Below, piece after piece: positions 36,620 through 46,942 of a stretch of DNA of 64,000 bases; the first letter of the stretch is position 1; the number at the start of each line of letters is the position of its first letter. Source of the DNA: Cyanidioschyzon merolae (Eukaryota); assembly GCA_000091205.1 (NCBI GenBank), contig AP006490.2; one strand, given 5' to 3'. Made by a program: the position numbers and the translations under genes. The notes under the pieces are model-generated. The model made no database searches. It was not told the origin of the DNA and saw only the letters and a program-made list of their open reading frames with translations.

Positions 36620-39149
36620 AATGCGTCCAATTGTATGCACTGCATTGCTTGTATTTATCGTCACATAACGTGACGAGTTACGCAGGAGTTTTCGCCACGT
36701 GTACCCGGGTATGTTTGGGCCGGATACCCGGAGACCGCACTTTGCTTGTATTTCACGGTATATATTGAAAGATGGAGGGCGATGCGCGGAGCGCTCCCGG
36801 AGTCGTAACTACATTCATTTCGCGGACTTGTTGTTGGTGTCATGAAACCGCTTCAGGTCAGTTGCCGCATGCCTGCGGACGACGTGTCGCTCGGGTGGTT
36901 GCCCGAGTAGCGCCGCGATACGCCCGCTCCTGGTGCGCATCGCCAGTGGAGGCGTTTCCATTTGGGTTGTACTCCTGCTCGAGTGATCCACGGCGATGAC
37001 AGGTATCCAAAGTGCTCACGTAAGAGTGACTTGCATGGATGAATGATGATGGTGAAGTGCTGCGATGCGTCGGAAGCACCGTTGTCCGTCTGAATCGTGT
37101 GCGCTGCTTTCGTTCTGGCTGGAGCGGAATGATCTATTTCGGGAAGGAATACGCGCAGTATCGCTGGGGCCGCTGCAGACCTCGCTTCGATAGATGCTGG
37201 CGCGTTACTTGCGTTTTCTTGTACGACATACCCGAGAATACTTTCGATGCTGCAACGTCGAAGACGTAGAAATGCTGCAGCAACTATTCGTGTTGCTGTT
37301 GCTGTGTAGGCGTCTTTGTGTACAGCCAGGCTTGTGCGCCCGTGTTCGTCATCGTCGATCGAGGCATGTACACAACCATTCTTTTGGACCAAACGCTCCA
37401 CTTATGTGACGGGTACCGATCCGAGCAAGGATTCCTGGAAGCATGTGCGTGCATACGCGGGCTCTCTTCCGGTCTCGTGACCAGACGGTCGTCCAGTGGG
37501 ATGCTGGTACCGCAATCAGCGCCGCAGTGCTTGCGAGCGGCTCGCATGCATCCAAACTCGTTCGCCGTTCACGATATCATGCCATGGTGCGATGGAAATT
37601 AATTCTTCATCGTCTTCAATACGGCTAGGAATTAAGCTGGGGTACGGATACGCTGCTGGCGAGCGCGTTTCAGCGGACGTTTGGCTCACACGCTGACGCT
37701 GCTCATTCAACGGTACATGTGCCCGACGCGCCTGCACTCGCGACAGCGGCGCGCTGTAGCGAGCGGCTTGCCACGAGATGCCAAGTCGCGCACAGCAGTA
37801 GAACGCTGACGTGCTGCAACGACTCGTAGACGCTGGGCCCGCGCATTCGCCCTGCACCGTCGTACCAGAGCAGGCGCAGGGACGCGTCCGGATGCAGGGT
37901 GTTGAACGTACGAGCGTTTTCCAAAAATATACAGAAATGTTCCGTTTGTGCTAGATGAACAAGGAATACCAGGCGTGTACTGTCGCCCGATCGGTGCTTG
38001 CGAGCCACATCCAGTAGGGAAAAAATGTACATAAATGTGCTGTATTGTCTAGACACCCTGATGACACTTGGCATGCCCGCTGCCTCGTTGCCATTTGGAC
38101 CGGGAAGCGCGGAACGGCGGGCGCGCAGACACCATGCCTTGCCCGCCTGGCATCAGCGCTAGCAGCGCAGGTGCGGGTGACGTCTTTGAACTCGAGTATG
38201 GTCTGCCGCCGCTTTCTGCAATCGAATGCATTTTCGCATTGTATACCATTAGATCGAAATGAGCATGCCGTGTACCGAACAGAACGTAGACATGTTGCCT
38301 GCAGAAAATGTTCTGCAATGAACAGTGCAACGAGGACTGCATTCTTCACTCTATTCAGTCGTACTGCAGTGCTCTGATGGTTGAGGAATATTGAAAGAAA
38401 GAAGGATATGCGCTCCGTGCCAAAAAAGATAGGCTTAAAGACTGATTGCGTTCAATCGTGGAACAACGATGCGTTCATCAACTTATGGAACGCAAAATCG
38501 ACGATAGCAACGGCAACGAGTGTCTCCGGTTCTGATCAGATTGTCCATGTTCTATTAAAAACACTGGAACACAGTCCCAAAAATACTTCTGTTTCACGCA
38601 CGGGCATCTTCCACCAAAGTCGTGACGATAGCGTTCCTGGAACGTTACGATCGGTATGAAGCGCAAGGACGTAGGGTTATGTTTTCAGTCGGTGAGACTC
38701 GCTTCGGACGAACCGTTCGGAGCGTATACGGGAATTTGCGGAGCACGGAGCCCGTTCTATGCACGATCGAGCTCGAAGAGAAGGCTCATACATCAGCACT
38801 CACTCTCTCGAATCAATGAAGGATTTTGCCGGACGTCTGACGACCTTGCTCTACTGGACAACGTCGCATTTCACCATTTCCCTTCGCTTTGGAGCTTTTT
38901 GCCGATGCAGTCGGGGTAGAGCTGCTTTTCATTTATGTGCACGCTTCGTGGTCGAACCGCATCAAATGAGTTGTTTCTGTCATGAAACGTAATGATCGCT
39001 TCACTGGTCGAATCCCTGGACCATTCAGTATAGCGTGAAACACTGGGACACTAGTCGTCATTCCTGCGCAAGTCCGTCTCCGCCGGGAAGGACCTCACCA
39101 AGGTCCATAAAGAAGTGCGTTCACTATGAAGAAATAAGAAATCCAAGGG

Positions 39150-39524
39150 GTGAGCTGGGGTGCAAAGTCCTGCAGGTCGAGATGGCTAAAAAGCAGCGGA
39201 GCCCTGATGATATATAGAAAAGTATGGAGCGCTGAGAGAAGAGGAAACGAAGGGATGGCGCAAGTTCGAGGACTACTCGCACTGGCGGGTTTAAGCGGCG
39301 AGGGCAATAAACACGTGGAGTTCGTGAACCGAGACTTGAAAGCTGCTATCAATATCAGGAGATGCACGGTGCTGGAATGGAGACCTCCGGAGCTAACACG
39401 ATCCATCTCTGTAGGACAAACTTTTAAGGTGGAATTATACGATAATGTGTTGAAATCAGTTGTAGGCGGCCGGTCCAAGACGACGGAAACACGTCTGTAC
39501 GTCAGTCGGAGACGTTTTGTCTAG
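39150..39524 (+). pseudogene. RuvC-III-bearing C-terminal fragment of family-1 TnpB/Fanzor-like gene (copy B1)
   Basis: Shows FVNRDLKAAINI, i.e. the DRDxNAAxNI pattern with Asp and NI conserved. Confidence 0.55.
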
Positions 39525-39600
39525 GGCGCTGGTCGCCTGCTACTGTACACCGTTGGCGTCGTTCGACTTTAGAACGGCGTTTGTCGTTCGTGTGCAGTCG
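39525..39600 (+). ncRNA. candidate OMEGA/guide RNA scaffold tail (conserved structured 3-prime non-coding segment of family-1 element, copy B1)
   Basis: About 65 nt immediately after the stop are conserved with 42919-42985 (ggcgctggtcgcctgctactgtacaccgttggcgtcgttcgactttagaacggcg vs ggcgggtcactcgccactactgtatacggtcggcgtcgttcgacttgcgaacggc). They contain two hairpins (ggcg-loop-cgcc and cgttcg-loop-cgaacg) whose loops differ between copies. Similarity stops abruptly after ~65 nt. Confidence 0.25.
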
Positions 39601-41860
39601 TCGATGTACGGGTTAGGCTCTCGAAACTAATCGTATAGAGTAGACCTGAATACAGTACGCGCTTTTGTCAAGTGCCTCGATCGTGCCAGGCGAGATGCAA
39701 GGCTCAAACCTCATGGCAGACATGGACGCTACCTGTGTGCACTGCCTCTGCCAAGATCGCCGGATCCGGAGGACGAAGCAGGCACCATAACTTGGACAAC
39801 GACAGCAGCATGGAATTGAATTGAACTGCCAGCAGTTCCAGAACATAACACGGGATAGAAGCAAAATTCAGGTCAGTTCCTTAATCCGGCGTCCGTGCGG
39901 CATGCATAAGAAGCATAGGGATGAAACGTATATCCGTGTTCAGGAACACCACCGTACGTTGTTTGGTTACGATCAATAAAACTAACGAAATTCCTAATGA
40001 GTAGAGCGATGCACACCTCATCCGCACGAGCGTAGGATACTACGATGGCTACGCTTTTGATTGAAGCGTCGAGAGGAATCGTGTCAGGCGCCTGCATCCC
40101 CTTGTATGTCAGGGCGGTACTGCGATGGGCGGGAGCGTCGGCACCAGCGACATAGCCTATAACAGGAGATCGTTCTGCGTGAGTTTCCGATCTAGGACAC
40201 TTGCTTTCCGCTGCAGCGCGATGCGAACACGCATGTGCCAATGCGGGGTGTCGGACACGTGTCCTTCATCGATCGGTGAGGCGTCTCGCGCGGTGCACGC
40301 ATCGCGCTCGGTGAGTGCACCTCGTAGATCGGGCAGTCAACTGACACGATGCGCATGCCGCCGTTGAAGAGTAACGCGATTGGGATCAGTAGCGTGTAGC
40401 TGTAACGTAAAAGCTGGATTTCAGGTGAGGTCTTAGCCAAGTACAGTCTTTCAGTTCATTTTTGTTTCAGCCCTCAAACAAGTGTATTCAAGTGTTTTTT
40501 TCGCAGTGTATAACAGAAGCGTTCAAAGAGCGTTCTTGTTCAAAAAAACTAAAAAAGGAAAGATATGAAAAAGCAAGTCGACGATCCTGGAGGCACAGGG
40601 TCGCCGGCTGCCAGAAAAAAAAACAAAAATCAGTACCGAGTCCAGAGGAAAAGGAGGAGAAGAGGAAGGACCGAAATGGGGAGGTCCTACGTCGAAGGCG
40701 ACAAGAAAGACGACTTTACGACCAGATGGTGGATAAAAGCTGTCTTCTTAAACATATCTATGATCCCTACAGGGAAAAGTTGCGAGACGCTATCAAAGAA
40801 CGTGTTGCGTCATACTCGAAGAGTATTGTCAAGGCGTCATCAGGACTAGTGCATTTGGCGAGGGAGATGTATCGCGACGTGGCGCACATGGAAACGGTCG
40901 AGATTCCGGACGAGTTTTTCGACAAGACCTGTATTCGTCACCTGATGGTTGGTAGCGAGGAAGCGCGGAGGGAAAATATGCTATTGCATGCCCTGCACGA
41001 AAACATCGCGGAATTCTGCTTCGAGGGTACCCCATTCAGGGGTGACCCGGATATTTACACATACGGGGCGATGAAGTACCTCACGAACCTGAAGAACCTT
41101 TTGACAATGAACCTGGACCGTTTCGTAGTACGCGCCGTATTTTTGTGCTCTACCCGCGCGTCTCTCGCAACGGGATATGGACAATTTCAATGCCATCACG
41201 AAAGATCGTAAGCATGAATATGAGGTCGAATTTGTCGACAAGAAGCCGTCACGCAGGAGAGCAAATGATGATTCCGTCATCCGTTTGGTCATACAAGAGC
41301 ACCGTGCGGTACTGGGGTTGGCGAATCCAACAGAAAGGATATCAGAGTTAAAAAACGATAAGGAAAGATACGATCGCCTCATTCTGCGGTATTTAGTGCT
41401 TCTAGACCTAGAACTTGAATGCAAGGCAGAGATGAAGCTGAGTGGGGAAAAATGAAGAGTGGGAGAGACGGAAGGCTTTCCTTATGGGTAAGCGCTTCAA
41501 CGTCGTACCAGTGTGCAACATCAAGTCGCATTTTGTGACCGTCGACTCCATAGTCCTTTACAGCATCATGATGGAGATCAGTCCGGAGTTGAATGTTAGC
41601 AGGGAGGAGTTCACCGGCGAAAACCGGGAGACGTACTGGAAGAGCATCTTCGATTTCAAACGTCTCAAAGTAAGCAAACAAAAGGTATTCACTGGGATGA
41701 TCGAAACCGATGGAGTAGCCATGTGTGTACACTCTCGGCGGTTGAAGAAAGATCGTCCTGGCCCGCCTTTGGCTTCGCCCGTGACGAAGGATGAAGAAAA
41801 CAAAGAGGAGGATCCTGCGATGTAGGAGGTAGTGGGCAACAACGTTGCCGTTGACGTGAC

Positions 41861-42010
41861 GAAGTATGAAGATGAGAAGGAGGCGGAACCTGCGACGCAG
41901 GAGGTGGAGGATAACGACCTTGTCGTTGCCGCGGCGAAGTATGAAGATAAGAAGGAGGCGGATCCTGTGATGCAGGAGGTGGAGGATGACGACTTTGCCG
42001 TTGGCGCGGA
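41861..42010 (+). repeat. 75-bp tandem duplication (x2) inside the family-1 copy B2 coding sequence
   Basis: Encodes [25 protein letters not shown] followed by [24 protein letters not shown]. Copy A1 has a single unit. Confidence 0.7.
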
Positions 42011-42487
42011 CCCCGGAAACACAAATATCATCACCATCGCAGCACCGAAGCGTGCGGAAGATGGTACTGGCGGCAACTTACGCCAGAAAGACATGTGACT
42101 TTTGAGGTTCTCGAGCGCGAAATACTATCGAGAATCGGGAATAATGAATGCGAGGAAACAATTCGAGATATGGTATGCAGGAGTGAAAGCGCATTTGAAG
42201 CGATCAGCCAGGTGACGAGCCGTGGAACGAACTTTGAAGCTTTTCGGATATTCGTGAAAGTTCGTGTTGCCCATTTGGAGGCGCTGTGGAAAGAGTATAT
42301 AAAGCCCAGATGGGCTCGTTTGCGTATGAATCTGTACTGTGGTAAGCAGCGTGCGTTCGCGAACTTTTTCAATCATTTGAGCACCCTGAAAGAGGACAAG
42401 ACTCAAAGGCTCGAAGTAGCGTATGGGGAGGGGCGCTGGCTCACCCAAAAAGGGTACACACCAGTTCCAACGACAAGAACTTACTAG

Positions 42488-42790
42488 GAGTGCGCAAGGC
42501 GTTTCGTTACGGTACCGATCGATGAGTTTCGAACATCGTACACACACCACGAGCTGGGGTGTACACTTCAGTGGGTCGAGATGGAAAAGTGTCAGCGGAG
42601 CTCTGAAAATACAAAAAAGTACGGACCGCTGACGGAAGAGCAAATGGAAAGGAGGGCGAAAGTTCGAGGGCTACTCGCATTAGTAAGTACAGTCAGTGGC
42701 AAGAAACGTATCGAGTTTGTGAATCGTGACTTTACCGCAGCTATCAACAGAACGAGATGTGCGGTGATGGAAGGTAGACCGCCAGACTAG
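42488..42790 (+). pseudogene. RuvC-III-bearing C-terminal fragment of copy B2 (in the same frame as 42095-42487, separated only by TAG at 42485-42487)
   Basis: Shows ECARRFVTVPIDEFRTSYTHHELGC...KRIEFVNRDFTAAINRTRC. Confidence 0.6.
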
Positions 42791-42918
42791 ACAAGAGAGA
42801 ACTTTGTTGGACAACCTCTCAAAGTGGAATCATATGAGACAAACTTGAAACAAGTAGTAGGTGGCCCGTCGAAACAGACTGGCACGCGTCTGCACTTCAG
42901 TTGGAGCCGTTTTGACTA

Positions 42919-42990
42919 GGGCGGGTCACTCGCCACTACTGTATACGGTCGGCGTCGTTCGACTTGCGAACGGCATTCTCTAGCGGTGCC
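42919..42990 (+). ncRNA. candidate OMEGA/guide RNA scaffold tail of family-1 copy B2
   Basis: Conserved with 39525-39590 and carries the same two hairpins; it lies at the right end of the element, directly upstream of the VAMP gene. Confidence 0.25.
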
Positions 42991-43037
42991 AGCTTTTAAA
43001 CGCGCTCGAGTCGAACGGAAACTCGATTTGAGAAACC

Positions 43038-43799
43038 ATGGGAGACGCTGGTGCGCCCACTTCGAGTGACAACGTTCCGAACCTGCTGTACTGCGCTATT
43101 TGTCGTTGGGAAGACCGTGTGGTCCTTGCTCGGTACGCTGCGCCCCGGGCAGGAGTCGCACTCGCTGAAACCGGTGCGAGCACCGCCGCCTTCGCGGAGA
43201 CCCTAAGACGCATTCTCCAGTCGAAAAAGATAGCCGAGCACAAGCGCTTAACCATTGAAGAAAAACAACTGGGAATGATCCACTACGACAACGACGGTAC
43301 CTGCATGTACGTGGTATTCTGTCGCGCGTCGTACCCGCAGCGCCTTGCGTTCCAGTTCCTGAACGAGCTGCGGTCGGAGTTCTTGCGCACAGTCGGTAGT
43401 CGCCCTGAAGACGTCGCTTCTGCGACCGAGAATAGCTTGACGAAGCTGTGTCGGCCGTTGATGAGCGAGCTCTGTACCCTGTACGATACGCCTTCGGGAC
43501 TGGATAAGATGTCGCGGATTCGCATGCAGGTCGAGGAGGTCAAGGGCCACATGCAGGACAACATCCACCAAGTTATGAAAAACACCGACGACTTGGAGCA
43601 GCTACAGACGCAGTCGGAGGGTCTGCGCGGGGAGGCAAGTGCTTTCCATCGTTCAGCTGGCACCGTGGAACGCAAGTACTGGTGGAAGAACGCTCGGATG
43701 ATCTGCGTTCTCGTCGTGCTCGTGATACTCATCATTATCGCCATCATCGTTCCGATTATTGTGACACGAAATAACAACAGCAGCAGCTCCTCTGGTTGA
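43038..43799 (+). CDS. longin-domain R-SNARE (VAMP7/synaptobrevin-like)
   Basis: Shows an N-terminal longin fold (LLYCAICRWEDRVVLARY...), an R-SNARE heptad region with the central Arg (HQVMKNTDDLEQLQTQSEGLRGEASAFHRSA) and a C-terminal TM (MICVLVVLVILIIIAIIVPIIV). ATG at 43038. Confidence 0.85.
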   Translation: MGDAGAPTSSDNVPNLLYCAICRWEDRVVLARYAAPRAGVALAETGASTAAFAETLRRILQSKKIAEHKRLTIEEKQLGMIHYDNDGTCMYVVFCRASYPQRLAFQFLNELRSEFLRTVGSRPEDVASATENSLTKLCRPLMSELCTLYDTPSGLDKMSRIRMQVEEVKGHMQDNIHQVMKNTDDLEQLQTQSEGLRGEASAFHRSAGTVERKYWWKNARMICVLVVLVILIIIAIIVPIIVTRNNNSSSSSG

Positions 43800-44551
43800 G
43801 GGTTTGACGAGTCTGGCGCCGAACGCATTCGCGAAGCAGTGCGCTGGAAGGCGAGTAGCTGCCGCCTTGGTCCAAGGACCTGTTGCCTATTTATCGTCGT
43901 CGACGGCGGACGCGTTGTCGCAACGAGTGAGCGCGTTGGGGCGCTGCATACAGGTTCACAGCCTCTGACACAAGGCCGTGGACGATGCCATAGCGCGTGG
44001 GGCTCTCGGGGAACGCGCGCGTTCGCCCACCTTGAAAAGCGGGGTTCGGACGGTGCACGATGCACGATCCCGTGTTCGGGCATCAAGCGCCAAAGACATG
44101 AATGCACCACATGAGAATGCTCAAGAACGAGTTTATTGTCGAGGGGGAGATTCTATGGGCGCTTGCGCAGCTTTGCAGCGACAGAGCCGCCGAAAACCCG
44201 ACCGCAACGGGACGCCATAAAGGCAATGGTCTTAACGGGGATGCCAGTGCCAAAAAATGCACTCCTGCCCTGTATCGTAGACGACGAAACAGTGGCAGGA
44301 CAGCGCTTCGCGGCGCGCGAAAAATCCATGGATTCTGCGTCCCGTCTGTTCGAAAGAATGGTGTGCTTGCGTTTCACGCGGCACTACAGCGTTCACATCG
44401 ATGCAAGGCGTATTCAAAGCGCAGTAGACAAAGGCGTCAACAACGGCGTTTCGAGTGAATGCAGGGGAATCGATGCATGCATACGCGCCTTCATACCTCT
44501 GAGCGTATCCAGGACAGTCACAAGCGCTCTCATGTGGTCAGAGCCACGTGC

Positions 44552-45337
44552 TCAGCGCATCGACGCCGTCAGCTGCCCCCAGGTATCATTGATTCGGAGC
44601 ACGGTCCACATGCCGAGCTCCGCAGCCGAGGTTAACGCGCCCTGTTGTGCGGCTGGCTCCAACCAGAGCTCTACCAGCGCTCCATTATCCACTTGAATCT
44701 GGCCGGTTAGATGCGGAGAAGCGTCGAGCACACTTCGGATCAGACACTTGCAAACGTATCCATGTGTAAACACAAGCACGATCACGTCAGTCTGTTCATT
44801 TTCCTCGAGTTCCAGTGACAATAGCGACAGCACCCGCTGGCTCATCCTTGACACCGCTCGCAGCACGCGTCGTTCGACATCCGCCTGCGCTTCGCCTCCG
44901 GGTGCTCGGAACTCGTACGGGTTCCGCGCCATAGCCTGGAGCGTCTCCGGTGTGTGGACCTCGCTACGCAACGCGTCTTCCCATAGACCTTGGTATACCT
45001 CGGCGAGGTCGTCAACCGGCTCCAGCTTCACCGGCTGTGCCACCTGCTCCAGCACCAGTGCTGCCGTCTGACGGGCACGCAGCAGCGGCGACGTAAACGC
45101 CACCGGAGCAAGCACCCGCCGACGACCTGCATCACCCGAAACTCCACCTGCATCACCACCGTCGACCCGCAGAACCTGTTCCAGGCGTATGGCGACCGCC
45201 TCCCCGACAACGCGTGCCTGGCGTTCCCCGCGTTCCGTTAACCGCGCCGCTTCAGAACGTCCCGCGATGCGCCAGCGCTCCACAACATTCGCCTCTGACT
45301 CCGCGTGGCGAATAAAAAACCACCGAATCCTGACCAT
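44552..45337 (-). CDS. histidine phosphatase superfamily protein (phosphoglycerate mutase-like)
   Basis: Shows the N-terminal RHAESEAN catalytic motif (RHG family), a later LTERGERQA block and a downstream His in FTHGYV. The ATG is the rc of 45335-45337. Confidence 0.75.
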   Translation of the reverse strand: MVRIRWFFIRHAESEANVVERWRIAGRSEAARLTERGERQARVVGEAVAIRLEQVLRVDGGDAGGVSGDAGRRRVLAPVAFTSPLLRARQTAALVLEQVAQPVKLEPVDDLAEVYQGLWEDALRSEVHTPETLQAMARNPYEFRAPGGEAQADVERRVLRAVSRMSQRVLSLLSLELEENEQTDVIVLVFTHGYVCKCLIRSVLDASPHLTGQIQVDNGALVELWLEPAAQQGALTSAAELGMWTVLRINDTWGQLTASMR

Positions 45338-45547
45338 GTATCCTTAGGACTCACCCAAATACACTCCAACATGCATCACACAAACGCATCCTACCATAAA
45401 AAGCTGCATGAAGCGCCCCACTAGAGAAACATCCCGCTGTGTACCAGCAGCACCGCATCGATGGTGCACGCGGCATCGAGTTGCGCGCCTGGCGGGGATC
45501 GCCACAGCGCCGCCTCCAGCCGCCGCGTCGACGCCGGACACGGCAGG

Positions 45548-45672
45548 CAGGTATACAGGGATACAGGTATTCAGGGATACAGGTATTCAGGGATACAGGT
45601 ATTCAGGGATACAGGTATTCAGGGATACAGGTATTCAGGGATACAGGTATTCAGGTATACAGGTATACAGGT
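45548..45672. repeat. 16-bp tandem repeat (GGGATACAGGTATTCA, ~7 units) in the RanBP1 upstream region
   Basis: Direct reading of 45548-45672. Confidence 0.9.
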
Positions 45673-45758
45673 AGGTAGATAGATACGTGTGTTCCTCAGT
45701 TTCAAGGACGGCTGCTGCACAGCGCTTTTGGACCGCGATCAGAGCAGCTGGCTCTAAC

Positions 45759-46559
45759 ATGAGCGATCAAACTAGACAATTCTCGGAGAAAGAACAGGAG
45801 AGCGCACAACCTCGCAAGGAGGAAGCAGTGCGTTCATCGTCACCGGAGCAAGCATCGCGAACACCTCCTGCGCCTACCGGGTTTCGTTTCGTCGTACCTA
45901 CCACTGCCACTGCTACTGGTGGTGATGCTGGTCAAGGTAGTGATCGTGAAGCGAATCAGAGCGCTGCACCGGTGAAAGCTCCCCAGGTCGTTTTTGGCGG
46001 TGTCACCGAAAGCGTCGACCAGGACGTTGGTGCCGCTGATGACGACGGTGCAGCGGAGACGCTCGGCGAGGAGGACGCCTCGACTGCCGACTGGAAGCCC
46101 CTGGTGCAGCTTGACTTGGTTCAGATTAAGAGCGGCGAAGAGGACGAGGATGTCGTAGCAAAGTATCGAGCAAAGTTGTACCGCTTTGATAAGAGCATGC
46201 GAGAGTGGAAGGAGCGCGGCACCGGCGAGATCAAGTTTCTCAAGCACCGGGTCAGTGGACGCATCCGCCTGCTGATGCGACGCCAACAGACGCTGAAGAT
46301 TTGCGCCAACCACTACCTTTTACCAGAAATGCGACTGGAAGAGAATATGGGCTCAGATCGATCCTGGGTATGGACGGCCGTCGACTACGCGGACGAGGAA
46401 CGCGACGAGGCGGTTCTAGCGATTCGCTTTAAGGACTCGGAAACGGCAAAGCGGTTCTACGATACCTTCGAGGAGCTTCGCAAAGAGATGCAAAGTTTGC
46501 TTGTATCCGGCAAGTCGGCGACAGAACAATCGCGCCAAGGTGAGCAGACGGCAATCTGA
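45759..46559 (+). CDS. RANBP1: Ran-binding protein 1 (RanBD1 domain)
   Basis: Shows the RanBD blocks EEDEDVVAKYRAKLYRFDKSMREWKERGTGEIKFLKHRVSGRIRLLMRRQQTLKICANHYLLPEMRLEENMGSDRSWVW. The track ORF 45687 overlaps the tandem repeat; the first plausible ATG is 45759 (MSDQTRQ). Confidence 0.85.
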   Translation: MSDQTRQFSEKEQESAQPRKEEAVRSSSPEQASRTPPAPTGFRFVVPTTATATGGDAGQGSDREANQSAAPVKAPQVVFGGVTESVDQDVGAADDDGAAETLGEEDASTADWKPLVQLDLVQIKSGEEDEDVVAKYRAKLYRFDKSMREWKERGTGEIKFLKHRVSGRIRLLMRRQQTLKICANHYLLPEMRLEENMGSDRSWVWTAVDYADEERDEAVLAIRFKDSETAKRFYDTFEELRKEMQSLLVSGKSATEQSRQGEQTAI

Positions 46560-46907
46560 AGACGAGCTCCCCCAGCGGCGTCTCGGCGAGGGTGGCAGCG
46601 ATGGGGCCTCAGTGCGTTGCAACCAAGGACGCTGGAGAGCGCGCGGCGAAGCACGCGGCTTGGCGGCACGCTAGTCTGCCGTAGACTCCCCAGACGCAGC
46701 ATCTGCGGAGCGTACTGTATTCTGGATTCTTGGCGTGGTATGCGTTGGGCGGGGCTCGACGTGCCGGTACGCTCTCGCTGCCGTCCTGTGGAGTCCAGCA
46801 GCGCCGCATTCATCCGCGACCTAAACACACGAGACGGCTTGACGCGTGACGCTCGCGAATGCGGGGCACCAGTTTTCCGCGAAATCTTTCACGTTCTTGT
46901 GTATGTA

Positions 46908-46942
46908 TGTGCGTATGTGTGTGTGTGTGTGCTGGACGGCAC
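46908..46942. repeat. TG-rich microsatellite in the convergent 3-prime intergenic region
   Basis: Reads tgtgtatgtatgtgcgtatgtgtgtgtgtgtgctg. Confidence 0.8.

Larger units (their letters stand above)
38170..39600 (+). pseudogene. TnpB/Fanzor-like element, family 1, copy B1: 5-prime-truncated unit (C-terminal half) immediately upstream of full-length copy B2
   Basis: Collinear with 22260-23760 and with the 3-prime half of copy B2. ORF 39150-39524 carries HVEFVNRDLKAAINIRRC (Asp at 39333-39335) and the conserved tail VGQTFKVELYDNVLKSVVGGRSKTTETRLYVSRRRFV. ORF 39035-39217 carries ELGCKVLQVEMAKKQR, matching ELGCTLQWVEMEKCQR in B2. There is a frameshift between them. Confidence 0.55.
40100..42990 (+). 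pseudogene. TnpB/Fanzor-like element, family 1, copy B2: near-full-length gene (~770 codons) broken by 2 in-frame TAG codons and 3-4 frameshifts
   Basis: Collinear ORFs 40462-41211, 41177-41455, 41442-41825, 41832-42098, 42095-42487 and 42488-42790. RuvC-I-like [18 protein letters not shown] (Asp at 42009-42011). A helix block ARLRMNLYCGKQRAFANFFNHL plus EVAYGEG (RuvC-II region). A bridge block RRFVTVPIDEFRTSYTHHELGC (cf. TnpB [21 protein letters not shown]). RuvC-III IEFVNRDFTAAINRTRC (Asp at 42728-42730). The conserved C-tail is reached through a 1-nt frameshift at ~42790. There is an internal 75-bp tandem duplication at 41861-42010. The element ends ~50-100 bp upstream of the VAMP ATG. Confidence 0.65.

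Noticed and set aside
37620-37660. AGCTGGGGT motif resembling the family-1 internal sequence gagctggggtg
   Set aside because: Only a 9-nt match with no flanking similarity, so probably chance.
41440-41460. G GGG AAA AAT slippery-looking site as a programmed ribosomal frameshift in the Fanzor-like gene
   Set aside because: The two copies need shifts in opposite directions: -1 in A1 (5 Gs) and +1 in B2 (4 Gs). That fits independent loss of Gs from a G6 run (or homopolymer sequencing error), not a conserved recoding signal.
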